This document shows, one piece after another, positions 52,812 to 63,549 of a stretch of DNA of 64,000 nt (positions are counted from its first letter, which is position 1; each line of letters starts with the position of its first letter). The stretch comes from a virus (lineage: Duplodnaviria; Heunggongvirae; Uroviricota; Caudoviricetes), in the IMG/VR virus record IMGVR_UViG_3300045051_000909, positions 64,001 through 128,000 of that record. One strand, 5' to 3'. The notes under the pieces are model-generated. The model had not been told where the DNA came from and searched no databases. It was given only the letters and a program-made list of their open reading frames with translations. The position numbers were made by a program, and so were the translations under genes.

Positions 52812-54039
52812 CGGCACGCTGAACTTCAGCCAAGACTTTGCTGATGCTTCCTGGGTGGTCCAGATCACGGACGGGGAGCTCGTTAGTGTCTTCCGTAACA
52901 AGGAAGACGTGACTCGGGCATTTCTGGATCTAGACGTATCCGGCATTTATAACGACACCAGTGTTGGCCGGGATGTGCAGATCGAGCGCATCCTGACGAA
53001 ACTTCAGGCCGAATACGCTACCAAGTTCAAACCCCGGGACGACGTCTCCGTAGACCGGCTACCGCCGCAACTGCTGAACGACCCCGTCAGTGTGGATCCA
53101 ACAGCGGCAGCGGGCGCACTTCAGAGCGTAGCCCAGCACGCGCAGAACGCGGCGCTTGCCTGCGTCAATGTGACGAATCCCCCAGCACTTCGCCAAGGGC
53201 CTCGTCTACCCCCGTTGCCCGTGCAGACAGTGGAGGGCTACGCACGCGGCTCCCCGCTACAAGTCCAAGTCGTTACGATTGATGGATTCCAGATCGAGGA
53301 GAACACGGCCAAGGACTTCATCCTGATGCGCAACGCTGCGGCTAAGGATGGGATTATCCTGCACATCGTCAGTGCGTTTCGATCAATGGAGCTCCAGACA
53401 AGGATGTACAGTGAGCGCTTCAATAGCGACGGCTCACTTACGGCTGAAGGGCTCAAGTGGGGGCCCGCTGCTAAGCCCGGCTGGAGCAACCACCAGAGTG
53501 GCGTCGCCCTGGACATTGAAACGGGTATGACCATCGCTGACCGTCTGGCCGGGCGACGCTCCGCGATCTTTGCCTGGTTGCAAACACATGCAGCAACCTA
53601 CGGGTTCGACAACGACGACATCCCTCCCAAGCAACCCGAGCCGTGGCACTGGCGGCACAAGGAGAAGCGCTTCGTCGCCGAGACTCTGATCGACAGTGTG
53701 CTCGCCACGGATTACTACGCGCAGCTCGTCGACTCCAGTGAAGCAGCCAAAGCAGCTATGCGCAGAGGGTCACTGTCAAAGGTGGCCTACGACAAGGTCC
53801 GCGCATACGAGCGTAGCGTTAAAATTGCCAACTCGAGCCGGGACACCCTCATCAATCAGAACGCGGCTGAGAAGCTAGGCACTTCGGCTGACATCAACAA
53901 GACCGCCGCCCAGATGACCCAAACCGCCGTTAAGGCAGATCAAGAATATCCTGCATATACGGCGGGGTCTCTCAACGCCCTCGTCTACAATTTTGAAACG
54001 GGGCGCTGGGGTGAGGACGGGAAGGGAGACGTGGTCTGA
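52801..54039 (+). CDS. protein with M15 (VanY-like) peptidoglycan peptidase domain
   Basis: IVSAFRS..Q..AAKPGWSNHQSGVALD..EPWHW. Confidence 0.85.
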   Translation: MAYNGTLNFSQDFADASWVVQITDGELVSVFRNKEDVTRAFLDLDVSGIYNDTSVGRDVQIERILTKLQAEYATKFKPRDDVSVDRLPPQLLNDPVSVDPTAAAGALQSVAQHAQNAALACVNVTNPPALRQGPRLPPLPVQTVEGYARGSPLQVQVVTIDGFQIEENTAKDFILMRNAAAKDGIILHIVSAFRSMELQTRMYSERFNSDGSLTAEGLKWGPAAKPGWSNHQSGVALDIETGMTIADRLAGRRSAIFAWLQTHAATYGFDNDDIPPKQPEPWHWRHKEKRFVAETLIDSVLATDYYAQLVDSSEAAKAAMRRGSLSKVAYDKVRAYERSVKIANSSRDTLINQNAAEKLGTSADINKTAAQMTQTAVKADQEYPAYTAGSLNALVYNFETGRWGEDGKGDVV

Positions 54040-54485
54040 TGGCTACCTACGACACCCACATCCAACTGCTCGCTCCTGAAGTACAGGAAAGAACTGGCAA
54101 ATTTTTTGGCTTCGGCTATGTGGCATCCGTAGCCATACGCGGGCCACAGAAGCTCATCAACCGCTGGTTGAAGTGCCTACTCACACCTAAGGGCTCTGAT
54201 CCACGGGAGCCTGCGTATGGCACCGGTTTCACAGGGTTGATTGGGTCGAACATCAGCAGTAACAAGGATGTCTATGACGCGCTGACCCTCTTCGTCGAAG
54301 ACTGCAACAATCAGATTCGGGCCATGGATATCCGTAGTTTCCCTCCGGACGAAGAGCGGTTAGAATCAGCAACAGTGGCGGGTGTCGTACCGCACGCATC
54401 TGGCGACGGCTTCGAAGTCTATGTCCGGCTCCGTAACGCAGCTGGGCTAGTAGTCGCTCTTCAACTTCCGAGTGTCTCGAGGTAG
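54039..54485 (+). CDS. baseplate wedge gp25-like protein
   Basis: LLTPKGSDP.EP.YGTGF..LIGSN; precedes the baseplate J-like gene. Confidence 0.75.
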   Translation: MATYDTHIQLLAPEVQERTGKFFGFGYVASVAIRGPQKLINRWLKCLLTPKGSDPREPAYGTGFTGLIGSNISSNKDVYDALTLFVEDCNNQIRAMDIRSFPPDEERLESATVAGVVPHASGDGFEVYVRLRNAAGLVVALQLPSVSR

Positions 54486-54487
54486 GA

Positions 54488-56473
54488 ATGGCAACGATCA
54501 CGATCACGGCGCAGGATGTCGAACGCGCTGACGCGTTTCTCGAAGCCTACCTAAAAGCAAAGATCCCGGACGCGGACTTCAGCCCGGGAAGCGCTAACCG
54601 GGACTTCACTGTCAAGGCTATTGCGTACATCTTTGCGTACCTCGAGAGTGAACGAAATCAGGCCCGTGCCCGGCAGTCCCTTAAGAACCTAACGGCACTC
54701 ACACCCGACGAAGATGTAGGCGAGGCCATCGAGGCGCTGCTCTCGAACTGGTTCCTTACCAAGAAGGGGGGCACTCGCGCACGGCTTCCCGTGGTCCTCC
54801 ACTTCTCACGGGCTACCGACGTAACTCTTAAGCCCACACAGCGCTTCTTCAAGAGCTCCTCTCTGATTTTCCAGCCGAACATCACCGAGCAGATGGTAAT
54901 TCCTGCTAGCGATCTACAGCGCTCGGTTGACGCAGACGGCACGATCCAGGACTACAGCATTACCGTGACGCTGTTGGCCAAGGAAGCCGGGAGCACCTAC
55001 AACGTCAAGGCGGGGCGCTTCGTTGCAGCGGATCCCTTCAATCCGTACTTCCTGTACGCCGAGAACCTGGTTGAAGGCTATGACGGCCAAGACGCAGAAA
55101 CGGCACAGGAGCTGCTCGAGCGCGCGCCAACCGCCATTACCGTGCGCAATATGGTGAATGAGCGGTCCATCGCAACTGTCCTTCGTGAACGCTATTCTGA
55201 TCTTCGCCGCGTGGTAACTGTTGGGTTTGGTGACCCTGAGATGTTGCGAGATCGTGCTGTTGAGGCGGTCACCAACCTCGACATGCACGTCGGCGGCTAC
55301 AAGGATATCTTCGTCGATCTGAACCGAACAGATGTCACTGAAACGTTGACTATTGGCGGAGAGTTCCGGCGTCCCGACAATCTCATCACGATCCTGCGGG
55401 ATGAGACCATCGACTTTACTGGCGTAGTGCAGCCACGCGATATTCTGCGTGTCGTGCAAGGGCTTCCTCGAGTACCCCGTATGTACGTCGTTCAGAGCGT
55501 ACTACCGAACCAACTTGAGGTAGTGTCCCGGCAGCCCTTCAGTGATGCCACAGATGAACAGGGCACCATTGAACAGCCTGTGTTCGTTCGCTATAGCGTA
55601 GGAGCCACAGCTCCCGGCTTCCAAGATCATGTTCCTCTGCGATACACCGGCCAGACTTCTCGCGTGTACAAGAATACAGGAAGTGTCGTCCTGACCGGCC
55701 GCCCACACTACCGGATCAAGCGGATCGAAGTACTGAACGATGATGACACCGTAAACGCCGTGCTCAGTACGCGCGTAAATATGGGCCCGGGGCCCACGCA
55801 GTACAGTGTTAGTGTGTACAACCCGCCCGCAGCACAGTCCAGCAGTGTGATGACTGTGATCAATGTGAATGCTGCGTACAACGGGCGCCGGCTTCGCGTC
55901 ACATATGAGACTCTGAGCGGGTTTTCGGAAATCGACACCTTCGTTCAAGATCGCTATGAGCGCGTTCTAGACTCAAACGTCATGCTGCGCGCGCTGCACC
56001 CGGTGTACCTCAGCATCCTGCTCAACTGCCGTCCGTTGGTAGAGATCGACAAAGCAGATGTTGCCCGGCGACTTGCGGCGTACATCAATACTCTGGATCC
56101 CTCGAAGACGGTCGACGTCATGGAAATCGGGCGGTATGTGCGGTCCACGTTCCCTGAGCTTGGAGCTGTTCTAGACCCCCTGGGCGTGAGCTACAGTCTG
56201 CTCGCACCCGACGGACAGGTATACTCCTTCACTACGCGAGACATCGTTACCATCCGTCCGGAGTACCCCACGAACCATGCAAAGCTGACCAATGGTGGCT
56301 CCCTGCGTATCGCCATCCCGTACGCGAGCCTGGACCCTGCGATTCCCGCAAACACAACGAAAGTCTCCACTGCTGAAAAGACTTTGCGACGCCAGTTGGA
56401 CGCACTGGGTGTATCTGATCGCACTATTCGACTTATGACCGATACCTCTTTGATCACCATCAACGCAGGGTAA
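54488..56473 (+). CDS. baseplate J-like protein
   Basis: DFSPGS..RD, G.YNV..G, GQDAET..ELLER. Confidence 0.8.
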   Translation: MATITITAQDVERADAFLEAYLKAKIPDADFSPGSANRDFTVKAIAYIFAYLESERNQARARQSLKNLTALTPDEDVGEAIEALLSNWFLTKKGGTRARLPVVLHFSRATDVTLKPTQRFFKSSSLIFQPNITEQMVIPASDLQRSVDADGTIQDYSITVTLLAKEAGSTYNVKAGRFVAADPFNPYFLYAENLVEGYDGQDAETAQELLERAPTAITVRNMVNERSIATVLRERYSDLRRVVTVGFGDPEMLRDRAVEAVTNLDMHVGGYKDIFVDLNRTDVTETLTIGGEFRRPDNLITILRDETIDFTGVVQPRDILRVVQGLPRVPRMYVVQSVLPNQLEVVSRQPFSDATDEQGTIEQPVFVRYSVGATAPGFQDHVPLRYTGQTSRVYKNTGSVVLTGRPHYRIKRIEVLNDDDTVNAVLSTRVNMGPGPTQYSVSVYNPPAAQSSSVMTVINVNAAYNGRRLRVTYETLSGFSEIDTFVQDRYERVLDSNVMLRALHPVYLSILLNCRPLVEIDKADVARRLAAYINTLDPSKTVDVMEIGRYVRSTFPELGAVLDPLGVSYSLLAPDGQVYSFTTRDIVTIRPEYPTNHAKLTNGGSLRIAIPYASLDPAIPANTTKVSTAEKTLRRQLDALGVSDRTIRLMTDTSLITINAG

Positions 56474-56477
56474 TCGA

Positions 56478-58517
56478 ATGGCCTTGATCGGTAACAACGC
56501 AGACACGCTCCTCCAGGGTCTATCAGACTTCTGGCTGCGTTACTTCAAGGACATCGGCGACCTTCAGGCCATCTACGAAGGCACCGAGATTCTGCTAGGC
56601 CAGCACTACCTGAATCTGTTGAATGATGTCCTCAACATCACCGTGACTGAAACACCTCTTTTTCGTAAGGAGTACTACAAGCTCTACACCGTCCGTGAAG
56701 ATCAACTGCGCTATCGCGATACAGGTACTATCGCGCAGGCTCGGTACGTGTTCACATCTGATGAGCCAATTGTGGCGGTGCCTCAGCTACAGAACAAGGT
56801 CTATAACCCTACGGCGGCGCTCGAGGATGGCGTTGAGTACGAGGTGATTGACGGTGCGCTCGCTTTCGCCGAGAACCCATTCACATCCAACACGCTGCGC
56901 GGTTTCGCGCGTCGGCAAGTTGATGTAGCTGTCTCGGGATTCTTCACAACCACTGACCCGCTGGTAGGTGTACCCGTACAGCCGGGAGATATCCTTTATC
57001 TGTACACAGTCACACAACTGCCTGTCGATCAGGGTGCGCGGTTCCCCTTAGCGTCGTCCAAGCTCACAGTCACCCATGTGGCTAATGGCCGCCTCGCAAT
57101 CGCTACCGATACGACGCTACCGCCGGAACCGCCGACACCAGTTGCATATCAGTGGGAATTGGTGCGCCAGCGGGTAGGCGGCATCCTTGTATCTTACGCA
57201 AGCGGTACCGGTTTCACTGGTAGCCTCACATACACCTCAACATTGCAGGTCGAGCAGCTTGCCCTTTGGGCGGTCGACGCGCGTATCGATGACTACCGAC
57301 TTTATGAAACCTTTGGGCACCTGTTCGGTGACAAGCGGCGCTCAACCGAAAGCTATCGTGCGTTCATCCGTGGACTCATGCAGCTGTACATCTTGGGACC
57401 CGCTATCGCGCGTGTGGAGAGTGCGTTGAATGTGGTCGCCAATCTTCCGGTGATACGGGACGATGGCGAGATCCTCCAAGAGTATCGCAGTGGAACACTA
57501 GGTAGCGGGGCGACCGGCGCACTACTGAGCAGTGGGACTACGGCTGTCTTTACAGCGTCATCTGCGATACCGCCGCCCAGTGTCTTCCGACCTGAGTATG
57601 TCGGCTACTACGTGTGGATCAAGGGCTCCCGGAATCCGACCAATCAGGGACTGTTCCAGGTCCGGTCGTACATCGATCCAAATACCGTCGAGCTCTATCA
57701 CCCCACCAGTACATTCGTATCTGAGAATGGTGTGACGTGGGAACTCACGATAGATGCAATTCAGCGTGTGATCACGGATAAGAACACCTACAGCTACCCC
57801 AGTGACATTCCGATGCGGTCTGACGTCGTCACACCTGCCAACTTCGGAAAACTGATATTCCGCGCATTCGAGCCCCTCACAACTGCGGTTCAGGTCACTG
57901 ACTATATTGAAGACCCTGAGTGGTGGTACAACATCACCATCCCTGAAGAGATTCTTCCGGGGCTTCCGCGCGAGCAGAGAGTTGTTTCTCCGGAGCTGTA
58001 TCCCAACTACATTGGCGCTACCGGTAACGCGTATATCGGGGATGCGGGATACTTTATTGGCGCGGATGAAAATGGTCAGATTCCTAGCCAGCCCGACGGT
58101 GAGACCTTCCGTCACCTAGCTACGTTCATCCTCGTCGACCGTTTTCTAAAGACCCACTTGTTCATGGTGCGCCTCGACGGTGCCTTAGATCTCACGGGCG
58201 TGCTCATTCAAGAGCTCCAGCAGCTTATCAAAGAAGTAAAACCAGCACATACGCAGGTCTACTTCCAGCCGTTCACAGTTTTCCATGACATCGTGGATGT
58301 AGTTGATGACCTAGACCTCGGAGCCCGTCTACCGTTGACCCCGGACGAGATCCCAGTAGTGGATAACGTCTTCCGCATCGGAGACGCTGCTATTATCGGG
58401 GCCTTTGGCCGCTCAGAGGGTATGGTCCTTACGGTCGGTGGGCAGGATCCAGGAGTAACAGGCACCGGTCTGCTGGACCAGGTACTGGAACTGACCGTGC
58501 GGCCGGTGATTACGTAA
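56478..58517 (+). CDS. baseplate wedge subunit
   Basis: 679 aa after baseplate J; LIKEVKPAHT motif. Confidence 0.65.
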   Translation: MALIGNNADTLLQGLSDFWLRYFKDIGDLQAIYEGTEILLGQHYLNLLNDVLNITVTETPLFRKEYYKLYTVREDQLRYRDTGTIAQARYVFTSDEPIVAVPQLQNKVYNPTAALEDGVEYEVIDGALAFAENPFTSNTLRGFARRQVDVAVSGFFTTTDPLVGVPVQPGDILYLYTVTQLPVDQGARFPLASSKLTVTHVANGRLAIATDTTLPPEPPTPVAYQWELVRQRVGGILVSYASGTGFTGSLTYTSTLQVEQLALWAVDARIDDYRLYETFGHLFGDKRRSTESYRAFIRGLMQLYILGPAIARVESALNVVANLPVIRDDGEILQEYRSGTLGSGATGALLSSGTTAVFTASSAIPPPSVFRPEYVGYYVWIKGSRNPTNQGLFQVRSYIDPNTVELYHPTSTFVSENGVTWELTIDAIQRVITDKNTYSYPSDIPMRSDVVTPANFGKLIFRAFEPLTTAVQVTDYIEDPEWWYNITIPEEILPGLPREQRVVSPELYPNYIGATGNAYIGDAGYFIGADENGQIPSQPDGETFRHLATFILVDRFLKTHLFMVRLDGALDLTGVLIQELQQLIKEVKPAHTQVYFQPFTVFHDIVDVVDDLDLGARLPLTPDEIPVVDNVFRIGDAAIIGAFGRSEGMVLTVGGQDPGVTGTGLLDQVLELTVRPVIT

Positions 58518-58555
58518 GCTATACTAACTGCGCATCTTCGTGATAGGGTACCTGC

Positions 58556-59056
58556 ATGTCTGCGATCCAACGCACTGAAGGTCTTCCGGTCCGTGGCGAC
58601 TTGCGCGTGACTGTCCGCGACGCTACGACGGGTAGGTCTCTGCGACGTTTTCTGATCAAAAATACGATCACTGAAAAGGGTCTCACCGCGCTCATTAATC
58701 TAATGCGGCAGATCACCAACTACGACCCGACCGGTAATCGCATCGCTACCTTGCAGGTGGGAACGGGAAATGCGCCACCGGATCGGCTTCAAACCGCGCT
58801 CGTGGCTCCCGTGGCTCCTCCCGTCGCCCTCACTATCGGCGATGCCAATGTGTCGGGGTCGACGACAGCAGATCCGGTCTACGAGCTGCGCATTCTAGTA
58901 ACGCTCGGTGCCAATGACGCCAATGGGAACACGCTACAAGAAGCAGCGTTGTTCATGGCGAACAATGAGATGTTCTCTCGTCAGACGCATCCGGCGATCC
59001 CGAAAAGCAGTGCCATCGTGGTTGACTACGACTGGCGCATCTCCATTACGGCGTAA
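58556..59056 (+). CDS. tail-fibre attachment/collar-type protein
   Basis: NTIT..GL..LQVGTG..TLQEAALF..MFSR..WRI. Confidence 0.7.
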   Translation: MSAIQRTEGLPVRGDLRVTVRDATTGRSLRRFLIKNTITEKGLTALINLMRQITNYDPTGNRIATLQVGTGNAPPDRLQTALVAPVAPPVALTIGDANVSGSTTADPVYELRILVTLGANDANGNTLQEAALFMANNEMFSRQTHPAIPKSSAIVVDYDWRISITA

Positions 59057-59070
59057 AGGGGTTTAGGCAC

Positions 59071-61629
59071 ATGGCCAACCAGTTCATCGACTACACCGTT
59101 TCTCCTGTGACCGCAGAGAATGACACGGGCGAGCAGGACCTTGATTCTATCAGGCCCATCATCGACGGGGAGCGGGGCAGCCAAGCCACCTTCCGTCGTC
59201 CGATGGAAAATCTGCGCAAGCGTACGGAAACACTGCGCGGCACCGCAGAAGACCAGCTCTACCTCAGCGATGCTGACCGTGCGCTCCTCTTGGAGGGCGG
59301 AGGTACTGTTGCTTGGACCTATGACGTTGAACAGAATCACGGGTCCTTCACTATCGGGAGTGATCTCGTCATCCGTCCGATGGTGGGTGTTACCGAGAGC
59401 ACGCCAGCTACAGCCACGATCCTTGGCCTGAAGTTCTCTACGGTTACTAGCGCCGAAGGAGAGCTGCGAGGCTCCGTAGTTCCGCGTGCTTATAGCGGCG
59501 CTAACAAGATCACAATCGCAGTCACCGGAGCAAACGGCGCAAGCCTCGCCGTCGCTGTCAGCGGCAGTCCTGCGGACAACTGGTCGATTACGATCAATAC
59601 GCACCCTGACGTAGGCACGACCCGCCAGCAGCTAGTCGACTATTTGATGGCGAACACAACGTTCCTGAACGCGGGCTTGAAGGTTGAAGTTGCCACGGGT
59701 GCTGATCCGCTTGTCAAGATTGCTCTAGTCGAGCCGACATCCGCAAGGCTGACCGGGGCAGTCGACGGAGAGGAACACGTCCTTAGTGCGGCCGGGCTGG
59801 CTGCTTTCTTTGCCCAGGTAGATGATCTTTTTGTGCCCATTAATCGCCTCCGCAAGGGGGACAGTCTCTGCATCTGGTACGATTCCCTTGTGATGGCAGA
59901 AACGTACGGTGGTCGTCGTCAGTCTTTGGCCGGGTATCCAGAAGCCACTAGCGGCAAGGGCACGAACGTCGACAACAACCTGTTCATCGCTCGCCGTTTC
60001 CCAGAGAAGGTCCCGCTGGCGATTCCTATCGCTAGTGTGGATGGCAGCGGCCGGCTCATCTTCGCGAATGGCGTGGCGCTATCCCCGGGTCAGTCGCGTA
60101 CTCTCGTGCTCACGCCGGCAGATGCCACTACCGCGCTAGATGGCACGGCGGCTGGCGGTTCGGCGAGTACGTTCTCTCGTGGGGATCACAAGCATGGCAT
60201 TGGCGCAGGTGCGATCACCACCACGATGCTTGCGACGGGATCCGTAACCGAGGACATCCTCGCACAGGATGCGGGGAACGATGCCAACCGTGCCGTTGGT
60301 ACTGATCACATCCACAACTATGCGGTAACCACGATTAAACTCGATAGTGACGCTGTTGATGGCCGTGTACACGGTGACATCACCGCGCCTATAACCGCTG
60401 GTACGTATCACGGTCTCGCAAAGAGCGCAGCGGGTAGCGAAGCTCACGGCTTCATGTCTGCCTCGGATCGACAGCTCCTCGAGCAGGGATCTGTCACTGC
60501 GATGCTGCATGAGAATTTTGAGGGGTCTTCGATGATCCCTCCTCTTTGGGAATCGTATCCAGGCATGCCTGGTAATAAGTACTGGGCTACTGCGGGGCTA
60601 CCGGTATACGATTGGCAGCGCAATCTAGCGGGAGCTATCCGAGGCACTTACAGCTTCCGTGCTCAATATGAAAACATTGATGGATCCGTTTCGCTAGCGC
60701 GACTGCGGGTGAATACTGCAACGTGGTCCGACCTTGCATTCTCGCTCAGCATGCACGGCGATTTTACTGAATTCACTGTATGGTGTGACGAAGTTCAGAT
60801 CGATATACGGGCGTCGACGGGTAGCGTAACCCGGTTGCTCAAAAATGCAATACCGCCGGGGTCTCACTCGATCTGGTTTGCGGCCAAGCGAAATGCTGGG
60901 GCGTACAATGCGGGAGACTACGTCGTCATCGACGACGTGAAGGTCCTCGCCTCTCCTGACTACCTGACGACGATCTATCCGTTGAACAATATGATGGGCG
61001 GCTTGGCGGATAGCGTGTACCCGCTTCTCTCGGCGCCGGGAACGATGAATCGTGTTGCAACGTACACTCAGCCAGCGAATTCAGCGCTACCCTCGTACAC
61101 GATCCAGGGAAACTACCTTCAGTTCGACACCCCGAATAACGTCAACCCCAATGACACCTGGTATTTCTATAACCAGATCTCGATCTTTATGGCTCGCAAT
61201 TACCGGATCGGCTTCCAAGCCGAAGTAGACGTACCGAACGGCAATGCGGGTAACTTCGAATTCGAATGCGGTCTAGAGACCCCCGACCACCTGATTTACT
61301 ACCGCTTCTTCAAGACGACAGGTACCAACTGGCGCTGCCAAAACGACGTAGCGCTAGACGTGGACACTGGCGTCTCCTCGCAGTCCACCACATTGCGATT
61401 GGAGTATATCCAATACGCGGCGGGCAATGGCTTGTGGGAGTTTTACGTAGGGGACACTCGCTACGCCACCTACGAAATTGATGAGTCGGCGCTGAGCAAG
61501 TGGGTACGCCCGTATGTGAAGTGCAAGGTGACTGGCGTGCCTACGCTCACGGACTCCGGCTTGCTCCGCTACACTACCTACAAGTTGCAGCTTCCTCACC
61601 TGCCCTACTGGCGTACTGGGGCCGCGTAA
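59071..61629 (+). CDS. tail fibre protein
   Basis: 852 aa; SRGDHKH and 'AVTTIKL' fibre-type motifs, aromatic beta-rich C-terminus. Confidence 0.7.
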   Translation: MANQFIDYTVSPVTAENDTGEQDLDSIRPIIDGERGSQATFRRPMENLRKRTETLRGTAEDQLYLSDADRALLLEGGGTVAWTYDVEQNHGSFTIGSDLVIRPMVGVTESTPATATILGLKFSTVTSAEGELRGSVVPRAYSGANKITIAVTGANGASLAVAVSGSPADNWSITINTHPDVGTTRQQLVDYLMANTTFLNAGLKVEVATGADPLVKIALVEPTSARLTGAVDGEEHVLSAAGLAAFFAQVDDLFVPINRLRKGDSLCIWYDSLVMAETYGGRRQSLAGYPEATSGKGTNVDNNLFIARRFPEKVPLAIPIASVDGSGRLIFANGVALSPGQSRTLVLTPADATTALDGTAAGGSASTFSRGDHKHGIGAGAITTTMLATGSVTEDILAQDAGNDANRAVGTDHIHNYAVTTIKLDSDAVDGRVHGDITAPITAGTYHGLAKSAAGSEAHGFMSASDRQLLEQGSVTAMLHENFEGSSMIPPLWESYPGMPGNKYWATAGLPVYDWQRNLAGAIRGTYSFRAQYENIDGSVSLARLRVNTATWSDLAFSLSMHGDFTEFTVWCDEVQIDIRASTGSVTRLLKNAIPPGSHSIWFAAKRNAGAYNAGDYVVIDDVKVLASPDYLTTIYPLNNMMGGLADSVYPLLSAPGTMNRVATYTQPANSALPSYTIQGNYLQFDTPNNVNPNDTWYFYNQISIFMARNYRIGFQAEVDVPNGNAGNFEFECGLETPDHLIYYRFFKTTGTNWRCQNDVALDVDTGVSSQSTTLRLEYIQYAAGNGLWEFYVGDTRYATYEIDESALSKWVRPYVKCKVTGVPTLTDSGLLRYTTYKLQLPHLPYWRTGAA

Positions 61630-61639
61630 CGGGTGACCC

Positions 61640-62050
61640 GTGGCCGACGAACAGATCGACAAGAAGATCAAGGATCTCGCCGACACCGCGCTCAAGCTGG
61701 GCGATGAGAATCAGTCGTGGATTTGGAAGCTCATCGGCACGATCATGCTAGGCATCAGCCTGTGGTACCTGCGAAACGAGCTCGAGGAGAAGACTGCGGA
61801 GCTCGCCAAGGCCCGCACGGAACTTGCCCTCCAGAAGCTCGAGGCTCAGCAAAAGCTAGCGCAGGCGCGCTTCCAGGAACTTCAACTTGGTGCCAAGGGC
61901 GCCGAGGAAGTAGCGAAGAAGGAGCTCGCGGCCGTCCTCGAACGCGAGACCCAGATCCGTACCGCTGAAGAGGTGCATCGCAAGCGCGTAGAACAGATTG
62001 AGAAGATTCGAGACTGGAAGAATCTCAACAAAGACGCCGGTGTGTCATGA
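61640..62050 (+). CDS. TM plus coiled-coil protein (i-spanin-like)
   Basis: single N-proximal TM segment followed by a long coiled coil. Confidence 0.55.
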   Translation: MADEQIDKKIKDLADTALKLGDENQSWIWKLIGTIMLGISLWYLRNELEEKTAELAKARTELALQKLEAQQKLAQARFQELQLGAKGAEEVAKKELAAVLERETQIRTAEEVHRKRVEQIEKIRDWKNLNKDAGVS

Positions 62051-62517
62051 AGAAGAAGAAGATCCTCGCGGTTACCCTGGCGATCCTGCTACCGGCTGAA
62101 AGCCTGGCAGAGGGGCTACAGGCCCTGCCCAAGTGGCACATGTGTGGGCAGGAGGCCTGCTACAGCTTTGAGGAGGCAAAGCAGCTGCTGGTGCTCGACA
62201 GCGAGCTCCTCATGCACCGCGACGTCAGCGCCAAGCTGAAGCTGCTCAATACCGACCTACATCTGGCAGTCGACGCCCTGAAGATTTCACTAGACCAGCA
62301 GAAGGCCGCTACTCAGGTCATCCTCGACAATAACAAGATCCTCGAGGAGCAGCTCAAGACAGCAATCATCGAAAAGAACAAGGCCGAGGCGAACCGCGCC
62401 CCAGGCCTGGGGTGGGCCGTCGCGGGTAGCCTAGCTCTGGTGATTGTGGGAGTCGTCGTCGGTCACTACCTGTGGCCAAAGACCGAAGTGGTGACCTCTA
62501 CACCGCCCGCACAATAG
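62047..62517 (+). CDS. signal peptide + coiled coil + C-terminal TM (spanin-partner-like)
   Basis: MKKKKILAVTLAILL; two Cys; C-terminal TM; ATGA overlap with the previous gene. Confidence 0.55.
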   Translation: MKKKKILAVTLAILLPAESLAEGLQALPKWHMCGQEACYSFEEAKQLLVLDSELLMHRDVSAKLKLLNTDLHLAVDALKISLDQQKAATQVILDNNKILEEQLKTAIIEKNKAEANRAPGLGWAVAGSLALVIVGVVVGHYLWPKTEVVTSTPPAQ

Positions 62518-62782
62518 GGTCTCCACCGAAGCCTGCCGGCTTCAGAGCGAACTCTACCCACTTCACACGACGCTGTCCCAAGAAGAACTCCACCACGAGA
62601 ATCGTGGTTGAATTCATCGGGTCTTCCGCGTCGGCCTTCCAAGGCATGAGCTCGCGGACCACAACGCTGTTGAACCCAGCGTACCCCTTCGGGGAGTAGG
62701 TCCCACATCCCAACGCCGCGTAGTAAGCTGCCAGGCGCAGGACGTAGGGCGTGACTCCCGCTCGTTGAATTTCGCTGGTCAT
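62498..62782 (-). CDS. hypothetical protein
   Basis: 94-aa ORF, GAGG SD. Confidence 0.55.
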   Translation of the reverse strand: MTSEIQRAGVTPYVLRLAAYYAALGCGTYSPKGYAGFNSVVVRELMPWKADAEDPMNSTTILVVEFFLGQRRVKWVEFALKPAGFGGDPIVRAV

Positions 62783-62790
62783 TTGTCACC

Positions 62791-63333
62791 TCACATGAAC
62801 GGCAACGGTGGGCCGGGCACTGGAGTAAGTCCCGAGGGGGTGGTAGTCCACACATTGGCGACGACCATATGTGTCATCGTCCAACCGTGGATCGCCGTAC
62901 CCAACGCCTTTCGCTGAACGTTCTTACCGCTAGAATCTTTGATCGCCATACCGATGGCAACTGTTGCCACACCCAGTGGTACAAAGGGCGCCGGCGCAGG
63001 AATGATCGACAGTCGCTGGAACTGACCTGGCGCAGGAGGTAGGTCTTGTTTCAGACCCACAGGTGTGCCGAGCGCCGTCCAGGTCGCGCGCATCGCTGCT
63101 TCGAGCTGGGCAAAAAAAACCGGGAGGGGGTTTGCCTGAATGAGCCCGGGGAGGAGCGCGGGCACAAAGACTCCTTGTGCCAGCGCGTCCATCCCCTGGT
63201 TCAAGTGCGACATGTTCTTCGCGTACTTCCACCAGGCGTCAAACCACCGCTGTGCCGCCGAAGCTGGATTCGGCGGACAGGGTTCGTCGAGCTTCATCAA
63301 CTCGTCGATCAACGTCTGGGGGTTGAGTGCCAC
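62791..63333 (-). CDS. hypothetical Pro-rich protein
   Basis: 180-aa ORF abutting the upstream stop. Confidence 0.6.
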   Translation of the reverse strand: MALNPQTLIDELMKLDEPCPPNPASAAQRWFDAWWKYAKNMSHLNQGMDALAQGVFVPALLPGLIQANPLPVFFAQLEAAMRATWTALGTPVGLKQDLPPAPGQFQRLSIIPAPAPFVPLGVATVAIGMAIKDSSGKNVQRKALGTAIHGWTMTHMVVANVWTTTPSGLTPVPGPPLPFM

Positions 63334-63549
63334 TTAGAACGGTACTCCAATGATCGGCTGGTACTGCTCGTACATGAAGGTCTCGCTATCGACGAATTTC
63401 TTCACCACGAGCTTGGCGAGAGCTACGTTCTCCAGGCAGGAAGGACAGATCGCCGCTACGACGACGCCCTTCTCCCGGAGAACCATGCAGCCAGCATCGT
63501 GGTCAGCCGCGAGATCCACTTCCTTTTCACAGTTACTGCACTGATACAT
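63334..63549 (-). CDS. small Zn-finger protein
   Basis: MYQCSNC..ICPSC; GAGGAG SD; real start inside track ORF 63334..63780. Confidence 0.7.
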   Translation of the reverse strand: MYQCSNCEKEVDLAADHDAGCMVLREKGVVVAAICPSCLENVALAKLVVKKFVDSETFMYEQYQPIIGVPF

